DNA of 64,000 nucleotides, taken from NCBI RefSeq assembly GCF_000143415.4, contig NW_003314309.1:1177199-1241198 (forward strand), given 5' to 3'. Made by a program: the position numbers and the translations under genes. Within the stretch, counting starts at the first letter, position 1; every line of letters begins with the position of its first letter. Source of the stretch: Selaginella moellendorffii. Taxonomy: Eukaryota > Plantae > Lycopodiophyta. Below the pieces are notes generated by a model. That model was not told the DNA's origin. It made no database searches and saw only the letters and a program-made list of their open reading frames with translations. Positions 50,351-63,490 of this stretch are shown one piece after another.

Positions 50351-51651
50351 TAAACTTTTAATAATAATTGATAGTAATTCGGTTTTAACAAAAGTGATTT
50401 TGGTAAATGTATTAAAATTATTCTAAATTAGACGAAAAGTAATCTTCATTCGTTTAGGGTTCTTGGCGAGTGAGGAAATTGAACTTTTTGAAATAATTAC
50501 ATCTCATATAATATGTGAATATTGTAAGCCAAATAGTCCTTTCCTGAAAAAACTTTCTCAGAAGGTTATCCTATAAAACTTAACTTATTAATTGATATTA
50601 TAACATGTAAGGGTTTTATTAATATTGAATTTTAAGCAACTATAAAAATCATTACCTATCTATTTTCATATATTAATATTATACTACAACTATTGAAATC
50701 CATGCAATAGCTCAACAATTTGACAATATTTTAAATTGGGATGGAATTTCAAGCTTTATAAATATATGTTACATCTTAATACCAGAATCAATATAAGGAT
50801 TTTTCAAATTCGAAATGCATTAATATGCATCAATTCTTTATAAATTGTTGTATTTTCAAGCCTATGTGTTATATATATTTTATCCAATATAATTTTAAAT
50901 TGTAAATCAAATAATAATAAATTATATTTCAAGTAAACTTTTGTTGTTCACAACAATATGATTAAAATTGAACAACTTAAAAATGTAACACAACAAACAT
51001 TGTGAACATTATCACTGTAAATATTGAGATGATATCGCAAAACACTATAATTTAAATTAAGATTATTATGAAGTTGAACAATTAAGTAAAAATTAACTTA
51101 CTCATATGGCTTTAATGTATTTTATTAATTTATTTATTGAAAACATTGAATTTAAAAGTTTAACCATTATAAGGATAATTGTTTTTATAAAATTTTGTGA
51201 ATATAATTACATGATATATTTATCCTTCCTCAGTAATTTACATCAATTGTTTTTTTTCAAATTTTGGGTAACAAAGAATAAAATTTGAAAATTATATTCT
51301 TCAAAACACAAATACAAACTTTACAACCAGAATTAAATTTTAATTCAACATTTAACAACATTTTTATTTTAGAATTATCAGTGATTATTTTGAGTATATA
51401 AATAAATTGCTATGTGTTGCATGTAGCAATGCTTGGTTTAGTTAATAGTAATTTTATTATTACTTATTAATCAATTGATAAAATAAAGTTTACATTAAGA
51501 AAGTTTATAAATTATAAATACGAGATTAATCTAAATGAATAACAACCATTAAATGGTAAAATATCCTAGAATATTTAAGCATATTCTAGATATATCCTGC
51601 TTAAGCAAACCAAAAATAACTAACTTAACTATTTAACTGCAAAACCAACCT

Positions 51652-53755
51652 TCACTCTGGAAAATAGATACTAAGAATTGATGTTAGTAAGTACATCACT
51701 TGCTCATCCTGTGAAAAATAAGCTCAAAAGTGATAATTTGTAGTCAACTCTAGCACAAATTTCCCTGCCTGGTTCTCCAACGTCAAAAGATAGACATTTG
51801 CGTGGAAAGAGAGTGATGCTTGATCACAACTGCATGTACAGAAATAACAAAACCAAGTGCCACTTTCATCCGTCACACGCCGACCACAAGCACCATGTAT
51901 TTATGGAGGTGGAGCTCCACTCTTTCGAGCCTTACTCTGCACACCTGACATCATCTCCTCGGGTCAAAGAGAGAGTTTCAAATCTCTCCTACCTGGCCAT
52001 AGCCAGACCATCGAGAGACAGGAACAATGCTGTGAAGACACAGGGAAGAGATGACTGCAGTGAGATGGGAAACGTTCACGAAAGATGCTCCTTCCGTGCT
52101 TTCGGTCCAAGAACATTTCAGCCTGCAACAAATAATTGTTAAGGAGACTAGATAGTTTTTCTTTTACCTTCCACCAGTATCTGTATAAGTAGCAAGGCCG
52201 GATATAAACACAAGTTGTCCGGAATAAACCTCGCCAAAAGACCTGCCAGCCAAAGTCACTCTCAGAAAAAATCAAAACTAAAAGAAAAACAATTAAACAT
52301 TTTTACCAGCTCTCCAGCATGAACTAAAGCTCAATCTCGATAATTCCCGTGTCGTCGTTAATAGACAGTATAAATGGTTGCTTGGCAGATGAAATCTGAC
52401 AACCAACAAACGCTGCTGTACCATAAACTGCAAGGTTGAACATCTTCGGTCTCAAGTCCTTTACCAGAAGCTACGTAAGTTACACACGTCAGTCAGTAGG
52501 AATGAGAAAATTTGCATTATACATACACGAGCGGGGAAATGGTTGAGATCAACAGCACCGTGTGGGTTGCGTGGAATTAGCACTTCCGATCCAAGACATG
52601 TTTCGTGATCAGACGCTACTGTCACCTTTGACAACGATTCGAAGATTATTCCGAAGTAAACGCAGTTTTACCTCTTGCTCGAGTTGAAGACAGGGCGGCA
52701 CACAATCGATCCGAGTGCATGTTCCAGACTCCAGGCTTATCTCCATTGTGTCACAGTTTACAAAGGGTCGTTCAAGGGCCAACATGCTTCCGTCACTGCA
52801 ATCACGTAAAACATGTTCACTACAAAAGCAGAAAGCCTGATACGAAACTTTAGCAAATTGGCAATAGGAACCTGGTCATTCCACAGGACGAATGGCACCG
52901 TGATTTCCTCACTATCAACAAGCAAGATTGTTTTCCATCTTCTGTCGCCGTTCGTCTCAGTCTCCATGGACTTTTCGTCACAAAGTGATTAAGCCATACT
53001 CGATCGATCACGCGAAACAACACTTGGCATAAATATGGTAATCTCCGGCAGCTCCACGTTGTATAGACGGGAAAGTGTCAGAGAGAAACTGCGCGCCGAG
53101 CAGCATTGCATCGTGTTCTTGGTCCTGCGTAGAAAACAGTAGCTAACTCACAAAAAATCAAACATTCACTGCACCTCGCCAAGGTGCTCTGTGGGTAAAA
53201 GACGCGGAGCACACGATCCAGCTCCAACTCTCAGCCTACAACCTGTCATGCGTAGATCTCGACCTCTCTTAATAGTTCCCTCCTCATCTTGTACCATGTC
53301 AAAAAATCTATGAACAAAAGAAGCCATCAACAAAAAAAGGTAAAGACGAATACCAGAAGTTCTTGGCTTACTTTCGGTGCAGATAGTGGTCGACTGTGTT
53401 CCCGCTGGAAAGATCTCCAAGCGTAAGAAGATAGCTATTACTCCCTGGAAACTTTGTGTGTGATACCATCAATCAATCGAGAATGCAAGCTAAATGAGCT
53501 TACCAGGCAAGACGTGGATGTCCAGAACAACGACCTCCATTACGGCATCCAAACAAACCTCACCTGGAAGAGCTCCGCGAGAAGAATCCCTTCCGTGACC
53601 CCGCGGGGATGAGCTTGGCAGCACGACAAGACGCAGGACATCATCCACGCCCATCCGGGCATCGCCGCGCCATCGTCGTGCCGCCGCCGGTACTCCTCGA
53701 GCTCCTTCCTCGCCCATTCTATAAACCCTAGAATATCATTTCCCGCCATCGCCAT
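51652..53755 (-). CDS. Multi-OB-fold nucleic-acid-binding protein (CDC24-OB domain / At3g17030-like); 3' end looks disrupted
   Basis: GWAWMMSCVLSCCQAHPRGVTEGILLAELFQ, DHYLHRK, LRMTGCRLR..PRLLPTEHL, VPFVLWNDQVPIANL, and a C-terminal HGACG...WFCYFC zinc-finger-like segment. Many short introns. Confidence 0.7.
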
Positions 53756-53975
53756 TCCAAATTTACACACGGGTAAAGTTATAAGCAGCCAGTGGACGAG
53801 AATCCCGATGTTCCCTTGTCTCTTACCTCTTTGTTTACTCTCTTTGCTCGATACTTGTGGAATCCCGGCCTTAGAATCTCTTCCTTCTCCCAAGAAAGGA
53901 TTCCAGGGTCATCACCCCGAGAGGAGAATTCAAGCAAAGATCTATCACAAGATCAAAGGGAACTAGAAAGAAGAA

Positions 53976-56496
53976 ATGGATCGAAAATCTTTGTCTAGTG
54001 TTCCTTTGCCGAGCAACATAGCCATACTTTCGGGCAGCACTGTGCCTGGCCATTTTTCTTCTACTTCTAGTTCTACTGCTACTACTACTACTCTTCCTTC
54101 GAATCGAAACATTGTGGTAATTTTTGATGCGTCGAGGGAGATGTCAAGCATCGCTGTGGAGTGGACGTTGGAGAGAATTCTTCAGCATGGGGATGTCTTG
54201 ACACATCTTGGGATTTTACCGCAAACAGTCACAGGAATTGCAAAACTCAGTAAGTTTTTCGCTTCTTTTTTGCCTTTTATTTTAATATTTATTGTTTAGT
54301 GCGATACAAGCCCCAGAAGGGGACTGAACAGTCTATCGTTGGCAACCAGGATGAGGAAATTTGTAAGAAACTGAAGCTCTACAGCTTAATTCTCAGTGAT
54401 ATTCAAAAGGCATGCGAGGATCTAAACGTAAGAAATCATTCTAAACTTTTGGTTTTTTTTTTAATGTATATTCTTTTTAACAGGCTAGTTTAGATCTTCG
54501 AATTGTTACTGGGTATCCACTGAATCTAGTTGCTGTGACCGAAATAAGAAAACTACAGCCTACATGGGTTATTCTAGACAGGTTTTTTTTTTCTTCTTCT
54601 TCTTCTGTTTTTTAGGTCCTCATACTATGAATCTGGATAGAAATATGAAGAGACATCGCAAGCATATAAACGACCAGCTCTCCTGCAACATGATTCTCAT
54701 GGATCGGAACAACGAAGGCAAAATTCTCAAGCTTTGTGCCCCGGTGGTGTTGGGACCATCTCTCCAGTTCCAAGACATCTCCTCCGACTCCCAAATCCTC
54801 GACACAGTTGGAAAGTATCGTCACTTTTCATCCTCCGGAGGGGATTCGGACAGCGATACGATCCTCACACACAGTAAACACGGTGAATAGAATTTTCGTT
54901 ATTTACATTATTATATTCAATTTTTCCATGGTTTCATGTTCAAAGCACGCAGAGGAGGAACATCAAATAACAGTGTCACTGTTGATCCTGGCCCGAGTGA
55001 GAATGCGGCAGTGGAGTTGGACGCTGTACTGCCGAGAGAATTGGATGAAACCAACACTGCAATCAAGCTGGATAAAGAGAAACTTACGACTGATGAAGCG
55101 ATCACCGAGGACACCATCCTCTTCCCAAAACCCGGGAGCTCGGCACTGCCACTTTGCTCGATTTGCAAGCACAAGCCCCGCGATTTCAAGAGACAGACGA
55201 GAGAGTTTACGTATTCTGAGCTGGAGGAGGCGACAGACAATTTCTCGCATGCCAACTTTCTGGCCGAGGGAGGATTTGGGTTTGTGTACAAGGGCGTTCT
55301 CAAAGGTGGCCAACACATTGCCGTGAAGCAACACAAGCTCGCCAGCACGCAAGGAGGGAGGGAGTTTTGTGCAGAGGTCAAGGTTCTGAGTGGAGCACAG
55401 CACCGAAACCTGGTAACTTTGCTAGGATTTTGCGTTGAGGGTGGCAAGAGAATGCTCGTTTACGAGTTTGTGTGCAACAAGTCACTGGACTATCACTTAT
55501 TTGGTACTTTCTTTTCTTTTCTTTTCTTTTTTTTCTAAACACTTGGCTTTGACATGTGACAATGGTGGCAGACAAAAACACGGTGCTACCATGGTGTGCA
55601 AGACAGGGAGTCGCTTTGGGGGCTGCCAGAGCGATGCGATATCTTCACGAGGAATGCCGGGTTGGAACTATAATTCATAGAGATCTCAGGCCACACAACA
55701 TTCTTCTCACACATGACTATGCTCCAATGGTAACCATTGTTACTATATCGTTTCTAGATTACTTATATGGTACCAGGTTGGAGATTTTGGATTGGCTAGA
55801 TGGCATACAAGCAGCCAGCCCGCAGTTGAGACGAAGGTAATTGGCACACTCGGGTAAGAAACCAAAACTCCTATGTTATTTTAATATGACATTTAATGTT
55901 TAGAATTGAAGGTATTTGGCTCCGGAGTATGCTTCAAGTGGACAAGTTACAGAGAAAGCCGACGTGTATTCGTTTGGTGTGATTTTACTCGAAATGGTCA
56001 CAGGCCGGAGATCACTAGATATATCCCTGCCTCATGCAGAACAATGTCTCACAGAATGGGTAAGATTCATTTTTTAAAAAATTTCTATTTAATATTAATT
56101 ACAGGCTCGTCCAAAACTCGATGTAAGAGATGCCGATTCTTTACTGGATCCACGACTGGTTAAAGATTTACTCCAGGAGTCACAGCTTTACGAGATCCAA
56201 GCAATGGTCCACGCAGCGGCATTTTGCCTAAGAAGAGAACCCTCGCAAAGGCCAAGAATGAGTCAGGTTGATACTTACGAAGAAAAATCATGAACTTACA
56301 AGGTTGACATTGTTGCATGTAGGTGTTGCGAATTTTGGAAGGCGAGAGAGGTGAAGCACCCACCATAGCTCTAACAATGTCTACCACCTGGGATCCCACA
56401 ACCAAGAGCCGGATCCCACGAGTTCCAAGCAATACCACGCCCAAAAGTCCGAGCAAGCAAAGCTTTCTCTCATATAATGAGATGATCACCAGCTAG
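53976..56496 (+). CDS. Receptor-like cytoplasmic kinase with USP-like N-terminus (family of 'inactive protein kinase SELMODRAFT_444075')
   Basis: [100 protein letters not shown]. Confidence 0.92.
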
Positions 56497-56621
56497 ATGG
56501 CATGAGCTATCATGAAAGTTGACTATAGGTAATATACTCAAGAGAAAAAGAGAAACTATTATTCGTGATGTTGTTACAAGAAGCTACTATAATCCAAAGT
56601 CATACAAATAGCTTCTCAGGA

Positions 56622-56830
56622 TCAAAGTTTCAAAGAGTGATCTTGGCTGGCGGCATCCATCGCAAAGAACTCGGAGATCACCTCCAGCGGCATGCCTTTC
56701 GTTTTGACAGGGTGAAGATCCAGGGCACTAACACCACCACCGCAAAGCAGCCAAACAAGCCACCGATTCCCAGCACCCCGCGGAGCTTCAGGCACATCTT
56801 GGTGAGGAGGATGTTGCAAGTCCATAAATG
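56622..56830 (-). pseudogene. Tonoplast sugar transporter (TMT/TST-like) C-terminal fragment
   Basis: LGIGGLFGCFAVVVLVPWIF then, after a frameshift, KTKGMPLEVISEFFAM, matching the family end PETKGMPLEVITEFF. Confidence 0.7.
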
Positions 56831-58179
56831 TCAGGTTCATTAAATTCAAAACAAGATTATAGATCCGTTGGAAGGAAGGAAAAATAATTTCTAGCCGATT
56901 ATCTATAAAATAGAGACCTGGTTAAAATAAAAACATGGCACCACATTGGGATTTCATTCGCCTTTGCTTTGTGCTCCTCTTCTACTTGGCCCATCATCCT
57001 CTAGAATGATTATCCATTTGGAGGTAATATTCTTCTCACAAGGTCACTCAGCATTGTTTACACTCAGAAAGACATAAAGGTGGACTTCATGATAGAAAAT
57101 TAACTCTGCAAGAGTGTTAATGTTCTCCATTCGTGGGATCTATTTGCACCATTGGTTAATAATGCCACTTGAGGAAGAGAAAGCTTGAAAAGAACCGAGA
57201 AGAATTTCTCATTTTACTCTCTCTTTTATTTAATCAGTAAGGCTGATTGATTCTGCGCAGACCTTTCCTCAACCGGTTTAATCACCGTCTGGATGCGTTG
57301 ATTCTTTGATATTTACCAGATTGGAGACAGCAGCCATTTAGACAAGAGGTAGTTTGAATTTCAAGTTCACGGGGATCAAATCAACTTTACCTGCGAAGCA
57401 GGCGTTTTGTCTACTCTGGTTAGATTAAACATTCATAACTCTAGCTCTAGATGTCAGAATTTGAATTCTGACATTCATGTTAACAGTGCTTAAATTCTCA
57501 GGAATCCCGGCGAAGGCTGTGATTTTCTTGGACAGTAGAATTACTGCCATGTGGGCATAACTACTGCCACATCATCTATACAACTTAAGGATGATCCACT
57601 TGTTTTTTATAAACAAGAAAATATCAAATCAAACAATTTGCTTGAGTTAATGCACCCGATTCATGTGACCTGAATGAGGTGGAAACTGTCACAATCTGAG
57701 AGTGAGGGACTACAGTGCTTGTGATGGGTTTTGCACTCTGATTCAATGGTAACTGCAGAAGAAGAGGAAGCATCTTTGCAAGGTACCGGACCGGCTTATT
57801 CGACTCGGAATCTTCCCGCTGGTATCAGCCACCAGTCAAGGGTCCACAATTTGTCCACTCGCCATTAGAAAAAAAATAAAAAAATTTCAATCTTCCAGAC
57901 CTTAACTGGTAATTAAAACCAGGGCTTGATAGCAATTTATTACTTTTGACAACTTATTTCCGGTGTCATTCGCTCCCATCCAATGGTTGAGGATGACGGA
58001 ATAAGTGACATGTGCACAAGACTTCCAATACTATAAGTCCATGTCCCAATTAACCAGCTATAAAATACTCATGTTTAATGTGTGTCAATAATCCTTTTGC
58101 AGGTTCACCTATGGAAACCTTATTACAACTTCTATTTCCTCTAAATGATAAGAATCATGCTTCTACACAAGCATAAACT

Positions 58180-59700
58180 AAATGAGGCTATGCACATTTG
58201 ATAGCAACGTAAAGGCAACATGGCTGCAAGGATTTAGTCTACAAGCATTCCTTGCTGCTCGTTCCCCTTGCTCAATCTCACAAGAGTTGTCCAAGCAATC
58301 TTATTGGCTGCAAAGTGCATGCTGTGGAGCAGCTCCTCGGCTTGCTCCAGCCGCCGTGCTTGTCCCAGCAAATCTATCAAACAGTGGAACTGCTTGATCA
58401 CCAGTAAAATGCCATGAGCTTCCACCATGATCCCAAAGTGCTCCCTTGCTGAGTTGACCACGCCTTCGTGATTGCAAGCCATGAGAACGCTCACATAAGT
58501 GATGTAGCTCGGCCTCACTCCTTTGAGGAGCATTGAGCCAACGAGCTCCAGGATGGTTTTCAAGTCGCCATTCTAGGATGATCGAATTCCAAGTGTAGAG
58601 ATCCTGCTTGGGCATTCGATTAAACACATCCAGGGCCTCCTCAAGCTGGCCATTTTGGGGAAAGCCAGAAACCATAGTTGTCCATGAAACTTTGTCATGG
58701 ACAGGCATTTTCTCAAAGGTAACGATGGTATTACGCAAATGCCCATACATGCCATTCGCAGAAATGAGGCACTTCCACGAAAAAGCAATTCGTGTGGGCA
58801 TAGTGTCAAACGTAGTCTTTGCCATCTCAACCCTTCCATTCTGAGAGTATGCCTGAATCATGGCCGTCCACGTGACCGAGTCCCAACAAGGCATATTTGC
58901 AAAGACAAGCTCTGTCTCATCAAGATCCCAGTTCTGGGCATAAACCGTGATTACGGACGTCCAGGCCACAACGTCCTTGGACGGCATTTTGTCAAAAAAA
59001 CGCCTAGCTACGTCTACCAAGCCCTGATTCCATACGCGGCTATCACGATTGTCCATGAAAGGGCGCTCAGGTCTGGCATGGACTCCCACGGCTCCACCGA
59101 CTTAATAAAAATGCCCATTTTGGGCAATGTTTGCACAATAGCTTTCCATGCGACCAGATTTCTTTCAGGTATTTTGGTAAAGATGTTCCATGCTTCAAGA
59201 ACTCGACCGTTGCCAGCGTAGGCTGCCAACATGGCAGTCCACGACACAAGGTCGTGCTGACGCATACTGTCGAATATACTTCTTGCCTCGTCCAGATACC
59301 CTGCAACGGTATATGCTGACAGCATGGCAGTCCACGATACCACATTTAGCCAGGGAGTCCTGTCGTACCAGATTCGCGCCTGGTCGACCAGGCCATTGTG
59401 GCTTTACGCTTTTGAGACATTTATTCCAGGATACAGCGTGTTCTCTCAAAGAAATCTCGTGCCATGTCAAGATGCCCATGCATGGCATATGCTGTAACAA
59501 TAGAGTTCCACAAGCAAACATTCCGTTCTTCCAATCTATCGACGTCCAGACAATGGGAAGTTTTACTTCCAAAGGATCAACTAATGATTCTTACGTTGGA
59601 TCGGAAGCGCTCATCGCCCAAGACGCTCGCACACCCTGACCAAATCACCGCAGCAAGATTTCAGCAGCCTCACGAAGCCAGGAACATCACACATGAGACG
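58180..59700 (-). pseudogene. PLS-class PPR pseudogene
   Basis: Repeated FDKMP..DVVAWT / VSWTAML..YA motifs and HCLIDLLGQARRLEQAEELL..M. Split across several frames. Confidence 0.88.
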
Positions 59701-59789
59701 GGTGAGATCGATCCATTGACAAAATTAACGAAATTCTTTGCAGTCAGTCACAGCTAAGAGCCGAGAAGAATCCCAGTCTTTCTCACACA

Positions 59790-60200
59790 ACCCTTCACCT
59801 CGACGAGCTCCACGTCGAAGATCTCGAGTTGGGTCCTCCGGTCGGCCTCTCGACATTCTTTAGCTCCAAGCAGTTCGTACGTTTGATCCCTTCCTCAAAC
59901 CCAGGAACCAATCCACCATCGCCCAGTCGCGTCTTGGATGGCTGCCCCTTCTGGTAGCTACTGTCGCTCCTTCTCCCGGACTCGTTGTAGCTAATGTAGT
60001 TGACGATCACTTCACTGGCCATCGCTGGGGAATTTGCCGCTCCCCTGTTCCAGGTCGAGGTAAATCAATCCGGTGTTCGTGGTCGGTGGTCACATACTCG
60101 GGGCTCGCCCACGACCTTGACCTTGAATCCCACCCGCTGGCTGGACTCCAGCAGCTTCTCTTCCTGCGCGGCGGCCTTGGATTTGATGACCGCTTGAGCG
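59790..60200 (-). pseudogene. Chloroplast FKBP20-2-like PPIase pseudogene with an internal micro-inversion
   Basis: GLIYLDLEQGSG, IVNYISYNESGRRSDSSYQKGQP...LVPGFEEGI and EIFDVELVEVK are on the - strand, but ELGPPVGLSTFFSSKQF is on the + strand (~59826..59876). Confidence 0.8.
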
Positions 60201-60362
60201 GCATTGCCCGCGCTGCCGATCGCGAGGGGAGAAAGCCGAAAGCCCTAATACACGTGTCACAATGCCACGTGGCAGCGAGCCAAGAAATCTCTCATTTCGG
60301 GGCTTCCAAACGATGTCGCTCGCCACTGCCTCGCCAAGGTCCCCAGGATCTACCACCGCACC

Positions 60363-61165
60363 ATGCGATCGGTGTCAACGACATTTCCTGGCGGTAAGAA
60401 GGAAGAATGGCATTGCGGATGCCTGGCTCGTTGTGATCCTCATGGAAAATGGGCACAACTCCTACTGCATCTACAATCTTCCCTCCAAATCCAAAGCACC
60501 TCTTCCAGATCGGGGCTAGAATTCGGCGGTGCAATTCGCCACATTCAAGACCGCGGCGGTGGGCACTCTCCTCGTCGCGCTGGAATCCAGGACGAGCTCT
60601 CGCCGCTCGACCGTGGAGAACCACACCCGGATCTTCGATTCTACCGAGAACAAGTGGCAGCCAGGATCACCGCCAACTGTCGCGCGGTCGCAGTTCGCTA
60701 TGGCGACAGTGAATGGGAGCTGCGACCACGACGGTGACTTTGTCGTCGTGACCGAGTCGTACGATGTCGCGACCGACACGCCGCGGTCGCTCGTCCGGCG
60801 CTTCTCTTCGTCGCATTGCGAGGTGCTGGTCTATGATCCTGGCAGCGATTCCTGGCACCGCGATTCCTCCGGGATGAGCGCCATGGATCACGGAGAGCTC
60901 ATCTCTACCTCCAGCGGGATTTACAGCTTGACCGCCTCGGACCGCCTCTACAAGTTCGTGGACGGGGAATGGGTTCTCGCCGGGAGCATCCAGCGCAAGC
61001 CATCCCTCTCCGGCTTTCAATGTCCACTCGCAGCGGGCATTTGGGCTCCGGGACGAGATCTTCGTTCTGGGCGGTGATGATCTGGGAAGAAGCTCTTGAT
61101 TGGAGAGGATCTCATTTGCCACGGATTGTTCCTCTGGTTTAGAGCTGGCTCCGTGGTCATGGGAT
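60363..61165 (+). pseudogene. Kelch-repeat (F-box/kelch-like) degenerate gene
   Basis: TRIFDSTENKW, EVLVYDPGSDSW and LYKFVDGEW kelch-like ends. Frameshifts; no clear F-box. Confidence 0.55.
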
Positions 61166-61181
61166 AGGTCGATCCTGCTAG

Positions 61182-63011
61182 ATGAGCTTGCGGCGAATTC
61201 GGGTGCTCCGCGAGCGGTTCCACACGGCAGCGGCATCGGTGATGAGTGACAATGCCAAGTTCTTGGAGACCGATGTGGACGGATGGAAGCGAAGGTATGG
61301 AGAACTCTCGCGAGCTGTGGATGCCGTGGTCGAGCAAGCAGGGGAGATCAGCATCAACACGACAGTTTCGAGAGCTTTCGTGTCTCTTCTCAAGTGGTGC
61401 GTACAAGAGAATAATCTAGCACAAGTTCGTCGTGTGCACGACTTCGTTTCCGCGAGGCATCCCGGCTGCGCCCAAGACCAGTTCGTGGGAAACATGATCC
61501 TACAGGCATATCGGAAGCTTGGGCAGCTTGATCTAGCGTGTGCGGTATTTGCCGGCATTTGCAACAGAGATCTTTTCTCGTGGACTATCATGATCGCAGC
61601 TTTTGCCCGGGATGGGCACTTCTCCGAGGCATTGTTGCTGTTTAGACGGATGGAGCTCGATGGAATAAAGCCATCCCCGGTGACTTGCGTGACAGTTCTT
61701 GCCTCCTTCACGGGACCCAGGCTTCTCCCGCAAGCTAGAAAGTTTCACGCAAGGATCGAAGCTTTGGGCCTGGAATCAAACGTTATAGTCGGGACTGCGG
61801 TGATCACAATGTATGGGAAATGTGGAAGCCTGACAGATTCCAGGCTAGTTTTCGAGAGAATGCCGCAAAAGAACCTCGTCACCTGGACGACGCTGATATC
61901 GACCTATGCCCAGCACGGCCATGGAAAAGAAGCGATAGAGATTTTCGAGAGGCTGCTCGCTCATGGAGGATTGGAACCTGACGCGGTTGCTTGCGTGAGC
62001 GCTCTCGACGCTTGCTCGAGCCTGGCATCGCTAGAGCAGGGCAGGAAAGTTCACAGGATCGTCGTCTCGAGGGGATTCGAGAGCAACACAGTCGTAGCAA
62101 ACGCTCTCGTGTTCATGTATGGGAAATGCGGGGCTGTGGAAGAATCGAGAGCAGCGTTTGACACGATCCAACACAAGAATCGCAACTCATGGAACTGCAT
62201 GCTCACGGTTTACACCCAAGGAGGCCACTTCCGCGAGGCGATGGAGCTCTTCAAAAGGATCGACGTAGAGCCGGACCACGTCACTTTTCTCTGCCTTGTT
62301 CTTGCTTGCTCTGGTGCGAAAGACCTTGCCGAAGGAATTGCCACTCACAGGCTGATCGAAGAGAGCGAGGTTGCTTCGAACGAGGCCCTGTGCCACTCGC
62401 TCATGAACATGTACTCCAAGCTTGGGAGGCTAGAGAGCGTTCGGGAAATCTTCGAAAAGATGGCGAGCAAGAACGTGATCTCCTGGACGTCCATCGTCTC
62501 GGCCCACGCCCAAGCCGGGGATCTGGAGATGACGCAGTCGCTCTTCGCGGGAATGCAGCTCGATGGCGTCGCTCCAGACAGCATCGCGTTTGTGAGCGTC
62601 TTGTCTTCGTGCAGTCACGGAGGATTGCTCGAGAGCTTCCCAGTGCTCTTGCGGTGCATGGTGGAGGACTGCGAGATCCTTCCACGCGTGGAGCACTACG
62701 GCTGCGTTGTGGACGCTCTGGGACGGTGCGGGAAGCTTGACGAGGCGGAGAGGTTTGTGGAGGAGTTGCCGGTGAGAGTGGCAGTGCTGTGGATCGCGCT
62801 GCTAGCGGCGTGTTCCACTCACAAGGATGTGAGGCGCGCAAGGCGGGTCGCGGAGCGGGCATTTGCACTGGAGCCTCGGAATTGGTCGACGTATGTGATG
62901 TTCGCAAACATCCTGGGCGAGGCCGGTGAGCGGGATGAAAGCGCCGCGATCAAGCAGAGAATGGAGGAGTTGAAAGCTCGATCACAAGAAAAAGGAGCAC
63001 ATATTTCGTAA
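61182..63011 (+). CDS. PLS-E class pentatricopeptide repeat protein, intronless, 609 aa
   Basis: Tandem PLS motifs (VGTAVITMYGKCG, NLVTWTTLI, VANALVFMYGKCG) and an E domain (HYGCVVDALGRCG...WIALLAAC..H...LEP..STYVMFANI). No DYW domain. Confidence 0.95.
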   Translation: MSLRRIRVLRERFHTAAASVMSDNAKFLETDVDGWKRRYGELSRAVDAVVEQAGEISINTTVSRAFVSLLKWCVQENNLAQVRRVHDFVSARHPGCAQDQFVGNMILQAYRKLGQLDLACAVFAGICNRDLFSWTIMIAAFARDGHFSEALLLFRRMELDGIKPSPVTCVTVLASFTGPRLLPQARKFHARIEALGLESNVIVGTAVITMYGKCGSLTDSRLVFERMPQKNLVTWTTLISTYAQHGHGKEAIEIFERLLAHGGLEPDAVACVSALDACSSLASLEQGRKVHRIVVSRGFESNTVVANALVFMYGKCGAVEESRAAFDTIQHKNRNSWNCMLTVYTQGGHFREAMELFKRIDVEPDHVTFLCLVLACSGAKDLAEGIATHRLIEESEVASNEALCHSLMNMYSKLGRLESVREIFEKMASKNVISWTSIVSAHAQAGDLEMTQSLFAGMQLDGVAPDSIAFVSVLSSCSHGGLLESFPVLLRCMVEDCEILPRVEHYGCVVDALGRCGKLDEAERFVEELPVRVAVLWIALLAACSTHKDVRRARRVAERAFALEPRNWSTYVMFANILGEAGERDESAAIKQRMEELKARSQEKGAHIS

Positions 63012-63125
63012 TTCACATGATCTTGGCGCTCGTGAGATGGTGCGCAAGAGCCTCATTCGTTTGAAAACAAGTGACCTTCTTCCCAGAGAGATCAGCAAGA
63101 CCAATCGATGGATAGTTGAGGTGGC

Positions 63126-63490
63126 TTGCTTGAACCATCTCCAAGACCATTTGATTACGGAGGTGGACATGTTAATCCCAATGCTGCAGCTCATTCAGGA
63201 TCTAACATGTCAAACTACGTTGGACTTGTGTCTGGGCGACGGAAAGATGTGCTCAAAGCATATCAGTCGCTCTGCCATGACGGCTTCCATTTTGACAACA
63301 ACAGCCTGTAAACTATTTGATCCAAGAATGCAAGATTTCATAGTCAGTTGTAACCAAGGAAGATGTGATAGCTGCAAGACTCCTCTCAAGATGGTATGCT
63401 TTCAACAATGGAAGCCATGGAAGTTCCAGACATTGTCTGGAACCTATGGAGTGCTGCAGCTATAATAAATGGGAACCACATCAGGTTATA
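63126..63490 (+). pseudogene. Subtilisin-like protease C-terminal fragment
   Basis: SPRPFDYGGGHVNPNAAAH motif; sequence downstream is degenerate. Confidence 0.65.

Noticed and set aside
56900-57950. Intergenic segment with a small hairpin (atgtcagaatttgaattctgacat, ~57451)
   Set aside because: The stem is short and there is no supportable coding or RNA-gene signature.
62189-62907. Overlapping ORFs within the PPR gene
   Set aside because: Alternative frames of a GC-rich CDS.
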